From Patellaria atrata CBS 101060 (Eukaryota), in assembly GCA_010093705.1 (NCBI GenBank), contig MU006090.1:833817-897816 (forward strand): 64,000 nucleotides of DNA, read 5' to 3'. Under the pieces are notes generated by a model. That model was not told where the DNA came from, did not search any database, and was given only the letters and a program-made list of their open reading frames with translations. How positions within the stretch are numbered: the first letter of the stretch is position 1; each line of letters opens with the position of its first letter. Positions 63,440 to 64,000 of this stretch are shown one piece after another. The position numbers and the translations under genes are program-made.

Positions 63440-64000
63440 ATCGTTGATGTTCTGTTTTAGAGCATGCCACCTCGCTGCAAGGCCGAGGATAGAATAAAGA
63501 TTCCTAGGCGAACTGCTCTGGATAGGAAGGGAAGCCAGGAGTTCGTGCAGTAAGTAGTCCCGGCACGCTGGAGGGGTACGTATCGAATTCTTGTGATATT
63601 CGTAGTCTGACTGCTTTTGCTTTGTTCTTTAGGTGACACTATTTCTGCGAGGAGTTACACTACTAGTAATACTTTCTTCAACTTCAATGATGCGGTGGCT
63701 AGAACGACAACTGACAAAGTCAGGATGCAACGTATATGCAATGATTATTCTGAGTGTGTGCTGGCAGTGTGTACGGGATGCTCTTTTCGGACGAAAAACT
63801 GTCATTCAAGACAAATAATAGACGAACGACTGGCGGAGAGAACCGCGTGAGCCCCATCATTAATATTCCTCTCCCATGCCACCTGTGGGGGAGGCGAGAA
63901 CATGGCTGGACTGAGCCATCTTGCATGACGAATGTTCAATCAATTTTGTTGATCGATATTGTTTGCGTGTTCTGGTGGCAAGTGATTCCATGAGTCTATG

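Overview
A 64-kb, gene-dense stretch of a filamentous ascomycete (Pezizomycotina) nuclear genome, judged from short ~50-nt introns with CTAAC-type branch points and fungal gene families. I support about 21 protein-coding genes: PRS5-type PRPP synthetase, NADAR, a GNAT-like protein, BYS1, RPL8/eL8, an uncharacterised gene with a possible OB fold, an MFS sugar porter, a cytochrome P450, a PTH11-like membrane protein, cyclophilin-40, STU2/XMAP215, nudF/LIS1, LYS4, a Ser/Thr kinase, MCU, a secreted Thr-rich protein, a laccase, a SIT4-associated protein (SAPS), VPS60, an ENA-type Na+ ATPase and a Pho85 cyclin. There are also one fairly clear and one doubtful pseudogene remnant. I found no tRNA, rRNA, intact transposon or CRISPR array. 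The best leads are: (1) the uncharacterised gene at 11.3-12.4 kb, with an MCB-type promoter and a C-terminus resembling the OB region of metazoan SPIDR; (2) an unannotated GC-rich structured element at 24.5 kb ending in a UUCG hairpin and a T-run; (3) a long structured first intron in RPL8 with a cryptic donor; (4) an overlapping uORF and a GC-AG intron in nudF/LIS1, inside a CPR6-STU2-nudF neighbourhood; (5) a hidden alternative terminal exon of the SAPS gene. All homology calls are from motif recognition by eye; no searches were run, and exon boundaries were read manually.
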